Assembly (NCBI GenBank): GCA_963720675.1
Contig: CAVRGH010000010.1
Coordinates: 1,020,695-1,084,694, forward strand
DNA: 64,000 nt
DNA from: an uncultured Acidimicrobiia bacterium
GTDB lineage: Bacteria > Actinomycetota > Acidimicrobiia > IMCC26256 > PALSA-555
Direction of reading: 5' to 3'
Below are positions 50,899 to 60,823 of the stretch, piece by piece. The notes below the pieces were generated by a model. The model was not told the origin of the DNA and searched no databases. It saw nothing but the letters and a program-made list of their open reading frames with translations. A program made the position numbers and the translations under genes. Positions within the stretch are counted from its first letter, which is position 1. Each line of letters begins with the position of its first letter.

Positions 50899-52161
50899 GT
50901 GCCTCATTTCGGGAAGCCCAGCCCCGGCAGCTGGACCGAGCACTACCCCGACCTCGGGACGGGCCCGGTGTCGTACGAGGACTCCATCTCCCCCGAGCAC
51001 TACGAGCTCGAGCGGGCCGCCATCTTCCGGCGGACGTGGCTCAACGTCGGACGGGTCGAGCAGCTCCCCAAGGTGGGCAGCTACTTCACCAAGGAGCTCG
51101 ATGCGGCCGGGACGTCGGTCGTCATCGTGCGCTCGGCCGACGGAATCAACGCCTTCCACAACATCTGCCGGCACCGCGGCAACAAGCTCGTCTGGATGGA
51201 CTACCCGCAGGAGGAGACGAGCGGCACCTGCCGCAACTTCACCTGCAAGTACCACGGGTGGCGGTACGGCCTCGAGGGCGACCTCAACTTCGTGCAGCAG
51301 GAGGAGGAGTTCTTCGACCTCGACAAGGCCGACTACGGCCTCAAGCATGTCGCGGTCGACACCTGGGAAGGGTTCATCTGGGTCAACCTCGACCCGGAGC
51401 ACGCACCGCCGCTCCGCGACTACCTCGGCAAGCTCGGTGCGGGCCTCGAGGGCTACCCGTTCGGCGCGATGACCGAGGTCTACAAGTACCGCGCGGAGGT
51501 CGGGAGCAACTGGAAGCTCTTCATCGACGCGTTCGCGGAGTTCTACCACGCACCGGTCCTCCACCAGAAGCAGGCGGTCGGCGAAGAGAGCCGCAAGCTC
51601 GCGGAGGTCGGCTTCGAAGCGCTCGCATACGAGATCGACGGCCCGCACAGCATGGTGTCGTCGTGGGGCGGCATGGCTCCGCCCAAGGATCTCGACATGG
51701 TGAAGCCGATCGAGCAGGTGCTCCGCAGCGGGCTCTTCGGTCCGTGGGACCGTCCCGACGTCGGGACCGACGAGCTGCCCCCGGCCATCAATCCTGCACG
51801 GCACCCCAAGTGGGGCGTCGACTCGTTCGTGTTCTTCCCGAACTTCATGCTGCTCGTCTGGGCGCCCAACTGGTACCTCACGTACCACTACTGGCCGACC
51901 AGCTACAACACGCACATCTTCGAGGGGACCCTGTACTTCGTCCCCCCGCGCACGGCGCGCGAGCGACTGGCCCAGGAACTGGCCGTCGTGACGTTCAAGG
52001 AGTACACGCTCCAGGACGGCAACACGCTCGAGGCAACGCAGTCGATGCTCGAGTCACGTGCGGTGCAGGAGTTCCCACTGAACGACCAGGAGATCCTGCT
52101 GCGCCATCTCCACCAGACCGCGCGCGGCTACGTGACCGAGTACCAGAAGGAGCACGCGTGA
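50899..52161 (+). CDS. Rieske [2Fe-2S] non-heme-iron oxygenase, alpha (catalytic) subunit
   Basis: Rieske motif ICRHRGNKLVW...(17 aa)...CKYHGWRYG; catalytic-domain His/Asp region FAEFYHAPVLH. Intact, 420 aa. No beta-subunit gene is recognisable. Confidence 0.85.
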   Translation: MPHFGKPSPGSWTEHYPDLGTGPVSYEDSISPEHYELERAAIFRRTWLNVGRVEQLPKVGSYFTKELDAAGTSVVIVRSADGINAFHNICRHRGNKLVWMDYPQEETSGTCRNFTCKYHGWRYGLEGDLNFVQQEEEFFDLDKADYGLKHVAVDTWEGFIWVNLDPEHAPPLRDYLGKLGAGLEGYPFGAMTEVYKYRAEVGSNWKLFIDAFAEFYHAPVLHQKQAVGEESRKLAEVGFEALAYEIDGPHSMVSSWGGMAPPKDLDMVKPIEQVLRSGLFGPWDRPDVGTDELPPAINPARHPKWGVDSFVFFPNFMLLVWAPNWYLTYHYWPTSYNTHIFEGTLYFVPPRTARERLAQELAVVTFKEYTLQDGNTLEATQSMLESRAVQEFPLNDQEILLRHLHQTARGYVTEYQKEHA

Positions 52162-52502
52162 TGACCAGCGCAACGACGCCGCGCCTGCCGGCCGAGTTCA
52201 GCGACCTCGAGCCCTTCGCCGACTGGGTCCTCGTGGGCGAGCGTCCCCGCTACCAGAAGCGCCTCGCGAGCTCGATGGACGAGCTGCAGGCCTTCTACGA
52301 CGCGGCGTTCCCCCGCCTCGAGCCGGCGTGCGCGTACCTCGACGCCAAGCCGATGGACGACCTCGCCGACGAGGACAAGAATCTCCTGTGGCTGTTCTGC
52401 TCGCTGGTCAACGTCTCGTTCCCCGTCGAGGTGTGGCGCCAGCCGCGAGTACCGGACAGTGGCGCGGCAGACATCTACGCTGTCGTCGAACCGGCCGTCT
52501 GA
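52161..52502 (+). CDS. hypothetical protein (113 aa), translationally coupled to the Rieske oxygenase gene
   Basis: ATG 52161 overlaps the TGA of the upstream gene. MTSATTPRLPAEFSDLEPFADWVLVGERPRYQKRLASSMDELQAFYDAAFPRLEPACAYLDAKPMDDLADEDKNLLWLFCSLVNVSFPVEVW. I recognise no family. Confidence 0.5.
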   Translation: MTSATTPRLPAEFSDLEPFADWVLVGERPRYQKRLASSMDELQAFYDAAFPRLEPACAYLDAKPMDDLADEDKNLLWLFCSLVNVSFPVEVWRQPRVPDSGAADIYAVVEPAV

Positions 52503-52526
52503 CCCACCACAGGACCAGCGCGCACC

Positions 52527-53732
52527 ATGACCACCACCGAGCCGGACCTCACCTACGACCCGTACGACTTCGAGATCGACTCGGATCCGTACCCGGTCTT
52601 CCAGCGGCTCCGTGACGAGCAGCCGTGCTACTACAACGAGCAGTACGACTTCTTCGCGCTGAGCCGCTTCGACGACGTCCAGCGAGCGTCGGTCGACTGG
52701 AAGACGTACAGCTCGGCGAAAGGCACGGTGCTCGAGATCATCCGGAGCGGGATGGAGACGCCACCCGGCATCTTCATCATGGAGGACCCCCCGGCCCACG
52801 ATCTCCATCGCGGTCTGCTCTCGCGGGTGTTCACTCCCCGGCGGATCGGCGCGATCGAACCGAAGGTCCGTGAGTTCTGCGCGCGCACCCTCGACCCGCT
52901 GGTCGGCAGTGGCGGTTTCGACTTCATCGAACACCTCGGCGCCGAGATGCCGATGCGGACGATCGGGATGCTCCTCGGGATCCCCGAGCAGGACCAGGAG
53001 GCCATCCGCGACGGCATCGACGCCGGGCTCCGTCTCACCGAAGGCGAGATGCCCGACGTCGAGGAGCAGTTCGGCAGCGGCGCGGCCACCGGGAGCGAGT
53101 TCGAGGAGTACATCGAGTGGCGGGCCGAGCATCCGTCCGACGACCTGATGACCGAGCTGCTCCAGGCCGAGTACGAGGACGAGGACGGCGAGAGGCGCCA
53201 CCTCTCCCGCGCCGAGGTGCTCGGCTACGTCAACCTGCTCGCCGCAGCGGGCAACGAGACCACGACGCGTCTCATCGGCTGGACCGGCAAGGTCCTCGCC
53301 GACCATCCCGACCAGCGTCGGGAGCTGGTCGAGGACCGTGGCCTCGTGGCCAACGCGATCGAAGAGGTGCTCCGGTTCGAGTCCCCTTCACCGGTGCAGG
53401 CGCGGTACGTCACCACCGAGGTCGAGCACCACGGGCGGATCGTGCCCGAGGGCAGCGTGATGCTGCTGCTGACAGGCTCGGGGAACCGCGACGAGCGAAA
53501 GTTCACGAACGGTGAACACTTCGACATCCACCGCACGATCGACCATCACCTGGCCTTCGGGTACGGCATCCACTTCTGCATGGGCGCAGCGCTCGCGCGC
53601 CTCGAAGGACGGATCGCGCTCGACGAGGTGCTGCAGCGGTTCCCCACGTGGGAGGTCGACTGGGAGCACGCGGTGCAGGCCCGGACGTCGACGGTCCGAG
53701 GCTGGGAGCGCCTCCCCGTCGTCACGCCCTGA
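52527..53732 (+). CDS. cytochrome P450
   Basis: YPVFQRLRDEQPCYYN, I-helix LLAAAGNETTTRLIG, EEVLRF (ExxR), heme loop FGYGIHFCMGAALARLE. Intact, 401 aa. Confidence 0.9.
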   Translation: MTTTEPDLTYDPYDFEIDSDPYPVFQRLRDEQPCYYNEQYDFFALSRFDDVQRASVDWKTYSSAKGTVLEIIRSGMETPPGIFIMEDPPAHDLHRGLLSRVFTPRRIGAIEPKVREFCARTLDPLVGSGGFDFIEHLGAEMPMRTIGMLLGIPEQDQEAIRDGIDAGLRLTEGEMPDVEEQFGSGAATGSEFEEYIEWRAEHPSDDLMTELLQAEYEDEDGERRHLSRAEVLGYVNLLAAAGNETTTRLIGWTGKVLADHPDQRRELVEDRGLVANAIEEVLRFESPSPVQARYVTTEVEHHGRIVPEGSVMLLLTGSGNRDERKFTNGEHFDIHRTIDHHLAFGYGIHFCMGAALARLEGRIALDEVLQRFPTWEVDWEHAVQARTSTVRGWERLPVVTP

Positions 53733-53751
53733 GGCCGACCGGGAAGCGGTC

Positions 53752-54364
53752 CTACGCGTCGGGCAGCGCGGGTGCCACGAGCGTCTCCAGCTCGGGATCG
53801 ACCTGGAGCCCGAAGCTGCGGAACGCCATCGCCAGACACGTGTAGGTGCCGACGACGAACACCACCTCGACGAGCTGCCGTTCATCCAGGTGCTCGGTCA
53901 GGCGATGCCAGGTCTCGTCGTCGATCCGGTAGCCGGCGAGCAGCTGATCGGTCGCGGCGAGGAGATCGGCCTCGAGCGGCGACCAGATGCCGGCATCGGC
54001 TCCGTGTTCGATCGCCGCGATCTCCTCTGGCGTCACTGCGAACCGCTCGGCGAACCGTACGTGCTGCAGCCATTCGTAGGTCGATCGGGTCTGCCACGCG
54101 ACGCGCAGCACCATGAGCTCGCGCAGCCTCGGTTCGAGCGTCGGGGTGCTCAACAGCACGTTGTTGAAGGCCAGGAAGGGACCGGCGAGCGCGGGGTGGT
54201 GCAAGAGGGTGCCGATCACGTTCGGCACCCGCATCGCATCTGGCCCCGTCGCGAGCACGCGGTCGGCGCGTCCCTCGCCGAAGCCGGTGCGGACCGCCGC
54301 AACCTCTTCGTCGCCCCACTCGTTCCCTCGGGACCGGTGCGAGCCGAGGCGTCTCCGAGGTCAC
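53752..54364 (-). pseudogene. carboxymuconolactone decarboxylase (AhpD-like) family protein; one frame break near the 5' end
   Basis: (V)TSETPRLAPVPR, then a break at the CCC run 54325-54327, then NEWGDEEVAAVRTGFGEGRADRVLATGPDAMRVPNVIGTLLHHPALAGPFLAF...RELMVLRVAWQTRSTYEWLQH. GTG 54364 forms a GTGA overlap with the SDR stop. Confidence 0.7.
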
Positions 54365-55104
54365 AGGTACCAACCGCCGTTCACGTTGATCTGCTGGCCG
54401 GTGATGTAGCCCGCCTCGTCCGAGCAGAGGAACGCGCATGCCGCGGCGATGTCGTCGGGGGTCCCGGCGCGCAGCATCGGGCTCCGCGCGATGACCGCGT
54501 CGATCGGCGGCAGGTCACCCTTGGCCTCGGCCCGACGCGCCATCGGTGTGTCGATGAAGCCCGGCGGGACGGTGTTGACGGTGATCCCGTTGGGTGCGTA
54601 CTCCTTCGCGAGCGCCTTGGTGAGACCGATCACCCCACCCTTCGAGGCGACGTAGTGGGCCATGCGGGCGGCGCCGGACTGCGCGCTCGACGACGAGATC
54701 GTGACGATGCGCCCCCAGCTCGCCGCGAGCATGTCGGGGATCGCGGCCTGGAGGCAGTGGAACGTCCCGGTGAGGTTGACGGCCAGGACGCGGTTCCACG
54801 ACTCGATCGCTATCTCGGTGAACGGCATGAACTCGTCGATGCCGGCGCTCGTCACCATGATCTCCACGGGTCCGAGCTCGCGGCGCACCGCGGCCAGCGC
54901 CTCGTCGACCGCGGCGCGATCGGCGACGTCGACGGTGGCCGCGAACGCCTGCATGCCGGCTCCGCGCAGGTCGGCAGCACCCTGCTCGGCGGCCTCGCCG
55001 TCGCGATCGAGGAGGGCGACCCGGTTGCCCCGGTCAGCGAGATGGCGACCGATCGCGAGCCCCATGCCCGACGCCGCTCCGGTGACGACTGCGACGCGGC
55101 TCAT
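54361..55104 (-). CDS. short-chain dehydrogenase/reductase
   Basis: From ATG 55104 (GGGGGGAG Shine-Dalgarno): MSRVAVVTGAASGMGLAIGRHLA...VTSAGI...YVASKGGVIGLTKALAKEYAPNGITVNTVPPG. Confidence 0.85.
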   Translation of the reverse strand: MSRVAVVTGAASGMGLAIGRHLADRGNRVALLDRDGEAAEQGAADLRGAGMQAFAATVDVADRAAVDEALAAVRRELGPVEIMVTSAGIDEFMPFTEIAIESWNRVLAVNLTGTFHCLQAAIPDMLAASWGRIVTISSSSAQSGAARMAHYVASKGGVIGLTKALAKEYAPNGITVNTVPPGFIDTPMARRAEAKGDLPPIDAVIARSPMLRAGTPDDIAAACAFLCSDEAGYITGQQINVNGGWYL

Positions 55105-55208
55105 CGCTCCCCCCGTTCCTCGCCGAGATCCGTTCGCCGGTCGCGCGACCGGGCTGGTGGTCGGAGAGTATGGACGCACAGCGATTACCGTTGCAAGGCT
55201 GCTCTCGA

Positions 55209-56390
55209 ATGAGGAGAACGTCGTTGCCGTCCGAAACCCCCGCTCCGGCGGGACCCCTCTCGGGCATCCGGGTGCTCGAGGTCGGGCACATCCTCGCCGG
55301 GCCCTACGGGGGGATGCTGCTCGCCGACCTCGGGGCCGACGTGATCAAGATCGAGCCGATGGGAGGTGACCTCTCGCGCCAGGTCGGGGCGCAGCTCGTC
55401 GACGAGCACAACGTGTACTTCGCGAGCCTGAACCGCAACAAGCGCAGCGTCCACGTCGACCTGAGGACCTCCGAAGGTCAGGCGGAGCTGGCCGCGCTCG
55501 CGGCGACGGCACACGCACTGCTCGTCAACCTGCGGCCGTCGGCGATCCGGCGCCTCGGCCTCGACTACGAGTCGTTGCGACACCACAACCCCGCGATCGT
55601 GTGCGTCGCCCTCACCGGCTACGGGCTCGAAGGTCCCGCAGCCGAGTGGCCGGCATTCGACTACGTGATCCAGGCGATGACCGGTGTGGCCGACATGACG
55701 GGCGAGCCCGACGGACCGCCCTCCCTGGCCGGGTACTCCGCGGTCGACAACTCGTCGGGGATCATGGCCGCGCTCGGCCTCGTGGCGAAGGTGCTCGAGG
55801 GGAAGGGTGGCCAGGTCGACGTCTCGTTGTTCGACGTCATGCTCTCGCAGCTCAACTACAAGGCGGCGGCCTACCTCAACGGCGGGGGGGCTCCGTCACG
55901 ACTCCCGTTCGGCGCGCATGCGTTCTACGTGCCCGCGCAGCTCTTCGCGACCGCCTCCGGGCACATCGCGCTCTTCGTGACCCACGACGAGTTCTGGCGG
56001 CGGTTGTGCGCCGAGATCGCCCGGCCCGAGTGGGCCGACGATCCTCGGTTCGCGACGATGCAAGCTCGTTCCGAGCATCGCACCGAGCTGACCGATGCGC
56101 TCCAAGCGCGGCTCATGGACGCGCCTGCAACCGAGTGGGTCGAGCGACTCCGACCCCTCGGGATCGCGATCGGTGCGGTGATCGGTCTCGGTGACGCGCT
56201 CGATGGGGACGTCGTCGGCGAGCGCGACATCGTGGTCAGCGTCGACACCGATGCCGGACCGCTCCGCATGATCGGGAGCCCGATCCGGTTCGATGACGCT
56301 CGCGCCGAGTACCGCGTCCCGCCGCGGCTCCACGAGCACACCGGCGAGCTCGTCGCACCATCGACGCGCGACGCGGATCAGGCGTCGTAG
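55209..56390 (+). CDS. family III CoA-transferase (CaiB/BaiF family, which includes alpha-methylacyl-CoA racemases)
   Basis: LSGIRVLEVGHILAGPYGGMLLADLGADVIKIEP...YFASLNRNKRSV...VALTGYG...FDYVIQAMTGV. Confidence 0.8.
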   Translation: MRRTSLPSETPAPAGPLSGIRVLEVGHILAGPYGGMLLADLGADVIKIEPMGGDLSRQVGAQLVDEHNVYFASLNRNKRSVHVDLRTSEGQAELAALAATAHALLVNLRPSAIRRLGLDYESLRHHNPAIVCVALTGYGLEGPAAEWPAFDYVIQAMTGVADMTGEPDGPPSLAGYSAVDNSSGIMAALGLVAKVLEGKGGQVDVSLFDVMLSQLNYKAAAYLNGGGAPSRLPFGAHAFYVPAQLFATASGHIALFVTHDEFWRRLCAEIARPEWADDPRFATMQARSEHRTELTDALQARLMDAPATEWVERLRPLGIAIGAVIGLGDALDGDVVGERDIVVSVDTDAGPLRMIGSPIRFDDARAEYRVPPRLHEHTGELVAPSTRDADQAS

Positions 56391-57397
56391 TCGACCACGA
56401 CCTCCGGGCTGGTGGGGATCGACTGGCACGTCAGCACCCACCCGCCCGCGACCTCGTCCGCCGAGAGGGCGTTGTTCACCCGCATCGCGGCGGAGCCGGC
56501 TTCGAGGTGCGCCATGCAGGTCGCGCAGCTCCCCGCCTCGCAGGAGTACGGCGGGCTCAGACCACCGCGTCGGGCCGCCTCGAGCAGCGTGTCCCCCGCC
56601 TGGTAGTCGAGCCGGTGCTCGCCTCCCCCGAGCCGGATCACGAGTGACTCGGCCGCGTCGACGTCGTCGACCAGCTCGACGACATCGCCGGGTACGACGA
56701 ACCGCTCGATGAACAGCTGCGCCGGCGCGATCTGGAGCAGGGCCAGACCGGCCTCGACGATCTCCATGTACGGACCCGGGCCACAGATGTAGAAGTCCGC
56801 ATCAACCTGCTCGCGGACGAGTGCCGCGCACGCCGCGGCGTCGAGGAAACCTTGCTCCGCGTCCAAATGGTGGTGCACCGAGAACCGGCCGTCGGACGCG
56901 GCGACGAGCTCGTCGAGCTCACTCGCGAAGATGACTGCGTCGGCACTGCGGTTCGCGTAGACGAGCGCGATCTGGCGCTGCGTGGTCGCAAGCGCGCTCT
57001 TGATGATCGAGAGCACCGGGGTGATACCGCTCCCCCCGGCGAAGGCGACGATCGGGACATCCGTCTCGCGCAGCACGAAGAGCCCCGCCGGCCGCATGAC
57101 GTCGACGGAGTCGCCCGGCCCCAGCGTGTCGATCATCCAGTTCGACATGAGTCCGTCCGGGACCCGCTTGACCGTCGTGGTGAAACGGTCGTCCGTGTCG
57201 GGCGAGCTCGACATCGAGTAGCAGCGGACGACGGACTCACCGTCGATCGTGGCCCGGAACGTGCAGAACTGCCCGGCGACGTAGGTGAACGCCTCCGCGA
57301 GCTCCGACGGGATCTCGAGGACGAACGAGCGGGTGTCACCGGTCTCGTCGACCACGTCGACGATCCGCAACGGGTGGTATTCGTGGTCGAGCAGCAT
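56378..57397 (-). CDS. FNR-type flavin reductase with C-terminal plant-type [2Fe-2S] ferredoxin domain (oxygenase reductase, KshB/PaaE-like architecture)
   Basis: From ATG 57397: MLLDHEYHPLRIVDVVDET...VVRCYSMSS (RxYS), VAFAGGSGITP, and C-terminal YSCEAGSCATCMAHLEAG...VLTCQS. The remainder of track ORF 56378-57895 is an over-extension. Confidence 0.85.
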   Translation of the reverse strand: MLLDHEYHPLRIVDVVDETGDTRSFVLEIPSELAEAFTYVAGQFCTFRATIDGESVVRCYSMSSSPDTDDRFTTTVKRVPDGLMSNWMIDTLGPGDSVDVMRPAGLFVLRETDVPIVAFAGGSGITPVLSIIKSALATTQRQIALVYANRSADAVIFASELDELVAASDGRFSVHHHLDAEQGFLDAAACAALVREQVDADFYICGPGPYMEIVEAGLALLQIAPAQLFIERFVVPGDVVELVDDVDAAESLVIRLGGGEHRLDYQAGDTLLEAARRGGLSPPYSCEAGSCATCMAHLEAGSAAMRVNNALSADEVAGGWVLTCQSIPTSPEVVVDYDA

Positions 57398-57542
57398 GGT
57401 GGTCCCCCGGCTCGACGGCGGGTTCAGCGGTGCGCCCTCGATGCTACGCCCCGGATGATAAGCCCATATCCGAATTGTGCAAGCCACCTTTCCCTTCCTG
57501 CTAGTGTCGTTCTCACTTCGCGCACAGGACGGGGGACGGCCA

Positions 57543-59123
57543 TTGCGCAGCGAGGTCACGTGGCCCACGGTGCCCGCCATGGTCCGGGACGCGGCGCAGC
57601 GGTTCGGCGACGCCGACGCGGTCGTCGACCACGCCCGACGGGTGGGGTTCGCGGAGCTCTCGAGCCTGATCGACCGCGCGGCCGGAGCGCTCGTCGCGTC
57701 CGGCATCGAGCGTGGCGACCGGATCGCGGTCTGGGCGCCGAACTCCCTCGAGTGGATCGTGGCCGCGCTCGGTGTCACGACGGCCGGAGGCGTGCTCGTG
57801 CCGGTGAACACGCGCTTCCGAGGTGCAGAGGCCGCGTTCGTCCTCGCCCGCAGCCGCGCTCGCGCCCTCTTCACGGTGCGCGGCTTCCTCGACACCGACT
57901 ATCCGGCCCTGCTCGCGGAGTCCGCCGTGCCGCTTCCCGACCTCGAGCAGACGATCCTCCTGTCGGGCGATGCTGATGCCACGTCCGTCTCCTGGGACGA
58001 CTTCCTCGTGCGCGGGCACGCGACCTCCGGCGGTGAGCTGGACGAACGCCTCGCATCGATCGGCCCGGACGACCCGAGTGACGTCGTCTTCACCTCCGGG
58101 ACGACGGGGAGCCCGAAGGGTGTCGTGATGTCGCACGGCCAAACCCTGCGCGCGTACCTCGCCTGGTGCGACTGGGCGGACCTGCGTACCGGCGATCGGT
58201 ACCTGATCGCGAACCCGTTCTTCCACATCTTCGGGTACAAGGCCGGCTGCCTCGCCGCGCTCATGCGCGGGGCAACGATCTTCCCGGTCGCCGTCTTCGA
58301 TCCCGCGGCGGTCCTCGACCTCGTCGAGCGCGAGCGGATCTCGGTGCTCCCGGGTCCGCCGACCATCTACCAGACCCTCCTCGACCACCCGGATCGAGCT
58401 CGTCGCGACATCACGAGCCTCCGGCTTGCCGTCACCGGCGCGGCCGACATCCCGGTCGAGCTGATCCGGCGGGTGCGTGAAGAGCTGCCGTTCGAGCGGA
58501 TCCTCACCGGCTACGGCCTCACCGAAGCCGGCACGGTCACCGGCAGCAAGCCCGACGACGACTTCGAGCACATCGCCACCACCGTCGGCGTGCCGTGGGA
58601 CGGGTTCGAGGTTCGAACCGTCGGCGAAGCCGGCGCCGACACGCCGACCGGCGAGCCCGGCGAGGTCGTCGTGCGCGGCGAGACCGTGATGCGTGGTTAC
58701 CTCGACGATCCCGAAGCGACCGCCGCCGCGATCGACCACGACGGATGGCTCCACACCGGCGACCTCGGCACGTTCGACGCCGACGGCTACCTCCGGATCG
58801 TCGGCCGGATCAAGGACATGTTCATCGTCGGGGGCTTCAACGCCTACCCCGCCGAGATCGAGAACCTCATGCTGCGGCACCCGCGCATCACGCAGGTCGC
58901 AGTGATCGGCGTGCCCGACGCACGTCTCGGCGAGGTGGGCATGGCCTTCGTCGTCCTCGACTCGGGACCGCCGGTCGAACCGTCCGAGATCATCGAGTGG
59001 TCCCGTCAGGAGATGGCGAACTACAAGGTCCCTCGTGCCGTCGAGGTGCTCGACGAGCTCCCCGTGAACGCGACCGGGAAGGTCGTCAAGGACGAGCTCC
59101 GAGCGCGCGCGGTGCCGTCGTGA
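57543..59123 (+). CDS. AMP-dependent acyl-CoA synthetase/ligase
   Basis: VVFTSGTTGSPKGVVMSHG, TGYGLTEAG, WLHTGDLGTFDADGYLRIVGR, ATGKVVKDEL. The start is probably TTG 57543 (GGGGGACGG upstream). The track start 57477 reads through an AT-rich promoter-like stretch. Confidence 0.85.
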   Translation: MRSEVTWPTVPAMVRDAAQRFGDADAVVDHARRVGFAELSSLIDRAAGALVASGIERGDRIAVWAPNSLEWIVAALGVTTAGGVLVPVNTRFRGAEAAFVLARSRARALFTVRGFLDTDYPALLAESAVPLPDLEQTILLSGDADATSVSWDDFLVRGHATSGGELDERLASIGPDDPSDVVFTSGTTGSPKGVVMSHGQTLRAYLAWCDWADLRTGDRYLIANPFFHIFGYKAGCLAALMRGATIFPVAVFDPAAVLDLVERERISVLPGPPTIYQTLLDHPDRARRDITSLRLAVTGAADIPVELIRRVREELPFERILTGYGLTEAGTVTGSKPDDDFEHIATTVGVPWDGFEVRTVGEAGADTPTGEPGEVVVRGETVMRGYLDDPEATAAAIDHDGWLHTGDLGTFDADGYLRIVGRIKDMFIVGGFNAYPAEIENLMLRHPRITQVAVIGVPDARLGEVGMAFVVLDSGPPVEPSEIIEWSRQEMANYKVPRAVEVLDELPVNATGKVVKDELRARAVPS

Positions 59124-59139
59124 ACGAGGAACTCGAGGA

Positions 59140-59571
59140 ATGGAGCACCTGATGGCACAAGTCCCCGTCGCGGAGGGCATCTTCACCTGGCCGTCCGACA
59201 ACCCGCAGCTGATCGGCAGTCGCTGCACGCAGTGTCAGATCGTCACGTTCCCCACCCAGGGGTCGTGCCCGCGCTGCGCGTCGACCTCCATGGAAGAGCA
59301 CCTGCTCGCCCGAAGCGGGCGGCTCTGGGCCTGGACCACGCAGGACTTCCCGCCCCCGGCGCCTCCGTACGCGGGGCCGACCGGCGACGCCTTCGTCCCC
59401 TTCGGGGTCGGGTACGTCGAGATCGGTGATGTGAAAGTGGAGACCCGCCTCACCGAGGCCGACCCAAACGCACTGCGGCTGGGGATGGAGATGGAGCTCG
59501 TCCTGGTGCCGTTCCGTGACGGCGCGGACGGCGATGAGATCGTGACGTTCGCGTTCCGCCCCGTCGCCTGA
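59140..59571 (+). CDS. Zn-ribbon + OB-fold protein (DUF35 family)
   Basis: CTQCQIVTFPTQGSCPRC zinc ribbon followed by an OB-like segment VPFGVGYVEIGDVKVETRL. It lies directly upstream of a thiolase-like gene, the usual pairing. Confidence 0.8.
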   Translation: MEHLMAQVPVAEGIFTWPSDNPQLIGSRCTQCQIVTFPTQGSCPRCASTSMEEHLLARSGRLWAWTTQDFPPPAPPYAGPTGDAFVPFGVGYVEIGDVKVETRLTEADPNALRLGMEMELVLVPFRDGADGDEIVTFAFRPVA

Positions 59572-59589
59572 GCAGAGAGAGGACAGCGC

Positions 59590-60735
59590 ATGGAGGACGT
59601 CGCCATCGTCGGGGTGGGACTGCACCCGTTCGGTCGCTTCCCCGGAGTCTCGGGCATCGAGATGGGCGCGATCGCGATCCGTCGCGCGCTCGCCGACGCG
59701 GGCGTCGAGTGGCGGGACATCCAGTTCGCCTTCGGCGGCAGCTACGAGGTCGACAACCCCGACGCGGTGGTCGCGCTGCTCGGTCTCACCGGGATCCCGT
59801 TCACCGACGTGTACAACGGCTGCGCCACCGCCGCGAGTGCGCTCACGCTGGCGGCGGACACGATCCGGCTCGGGGAGCACGGCCTGGGGATCGCAGTCGG
59901 GATGGACAAGCACCTGCCCGGTGCCTTCAGCGCCGATCCCCGGCAGTACGCGTGCCCATCGTGGTACGGCGAGCTCGGCCAGTTCGTCACCACGAAGTTC
60001 TTCGGGATGAAGATCAACAAGTACATGAAGGACCACGGCATCTCGCACTCGACGTTGGCCAAGGTCGTCGCGAAGAACTTGCGGAACGGAGTGCTCAACG
60101 AGAACGCGTTCCGTCGCAAGCCGATGACCGAGGAGGCGATCCTCGGTTCGCCGATGCTCAACTACCCCCTGACCCAGTACATGTTCTGCAGCCCCGACGA
60201 GGGCGCCGCGGCCGTCGTACTGTGTCGGGCCGAGGACGCGCACCGCTACTCCGACACACCGATCTACCTGCGCGCCACGACGGTGCGGACTCGGCGCCTC
60301 GGGGCTTTCGAGGTCCACAGCCCCTGGCTCCCGATGGAGGAGACGGTCGGCCCGACCGTCGATGCGTCACGAGCTGCGTACGAGCGCGCGGGCATCGGCC
60401 CCGAGGACGTCGACGTCATCCAGCTCCAGGACACCGACGCGGGCGCCGAGGTCATCCACCTCGCCGAGAACGGGTTCTGCCGCGACGGCGAGCAAGAGGC
60501 GTTGGTCGCCGACGGTGCGCTCGAGATCGACGGCGCCCTGCCGGTGAACACCGACGGCGGCCTGCTCGCGAACGGCGAACCGATCGGTGCGTCGGGGCTC
60601 CGCCAGGTGCACGAGATCGTGCTGCAGCTGCGCGGGCAGGCCGGCGACCGCCAGGTGCCCGGCGACCCGAGGGTCGGATACACGCAGCTCTACGGCGCAC
60701 CCGGCACCGCCGGCGTGTCGATCCTCTCCCGCTAG
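59590..60735 (+). CDS. thiolase-fold lipid-transfer protein (SCPx-type thiolase-like)
   Basis: MEDVAIVGVGLHPFGRF...VYNGCATAASAL...VNTDGGLLANGEPIGASGLRQVHEIVLQLRGQAG. Intact, 381 aa. Confidence 0.8.
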   Translation: MEDVAIVGVGLHPFGRFPGVSGIEMGAIAIRRALADAGVEWRDIQFAFGGSYEVDNPDAVVALLGLTGIPFTDVYNGCATAASALTLAADTIRLGEHGLGIAVGMDKHLPGAFSADPRQYACPSWYGELGQFVTTKFFGMKINKYMKDHGISHSTLAKVVAKNLRNGVLNENAFRRKPMTEEAILGSPMLNYPLTQYMFCSPDEGAAAVVLCRAEDAHRYSDTPIYLRATTVRTRRLGAFEVHSPWLPMEETVGPTVDASRAAYERAGIGPEDVDVIQLQDTDAGAEVIHLAENGFCRDGEQEALVADGALEIDGALPVNTDGGLLANGEPIGASGLRQVHEIVLQLRGQAGDRQVPGDPRVGYTQLYGAPGTAGVSILSR

Positions 60736-60823
60736 CGAGGTCGCGAAGCGCGGAACCTCGCGTCGGGGTGCTGGTCGGGGCGCGGGACCGGCCCGGCAGC
60801 GGGAGCCCGGTCCCTCACGGGGC

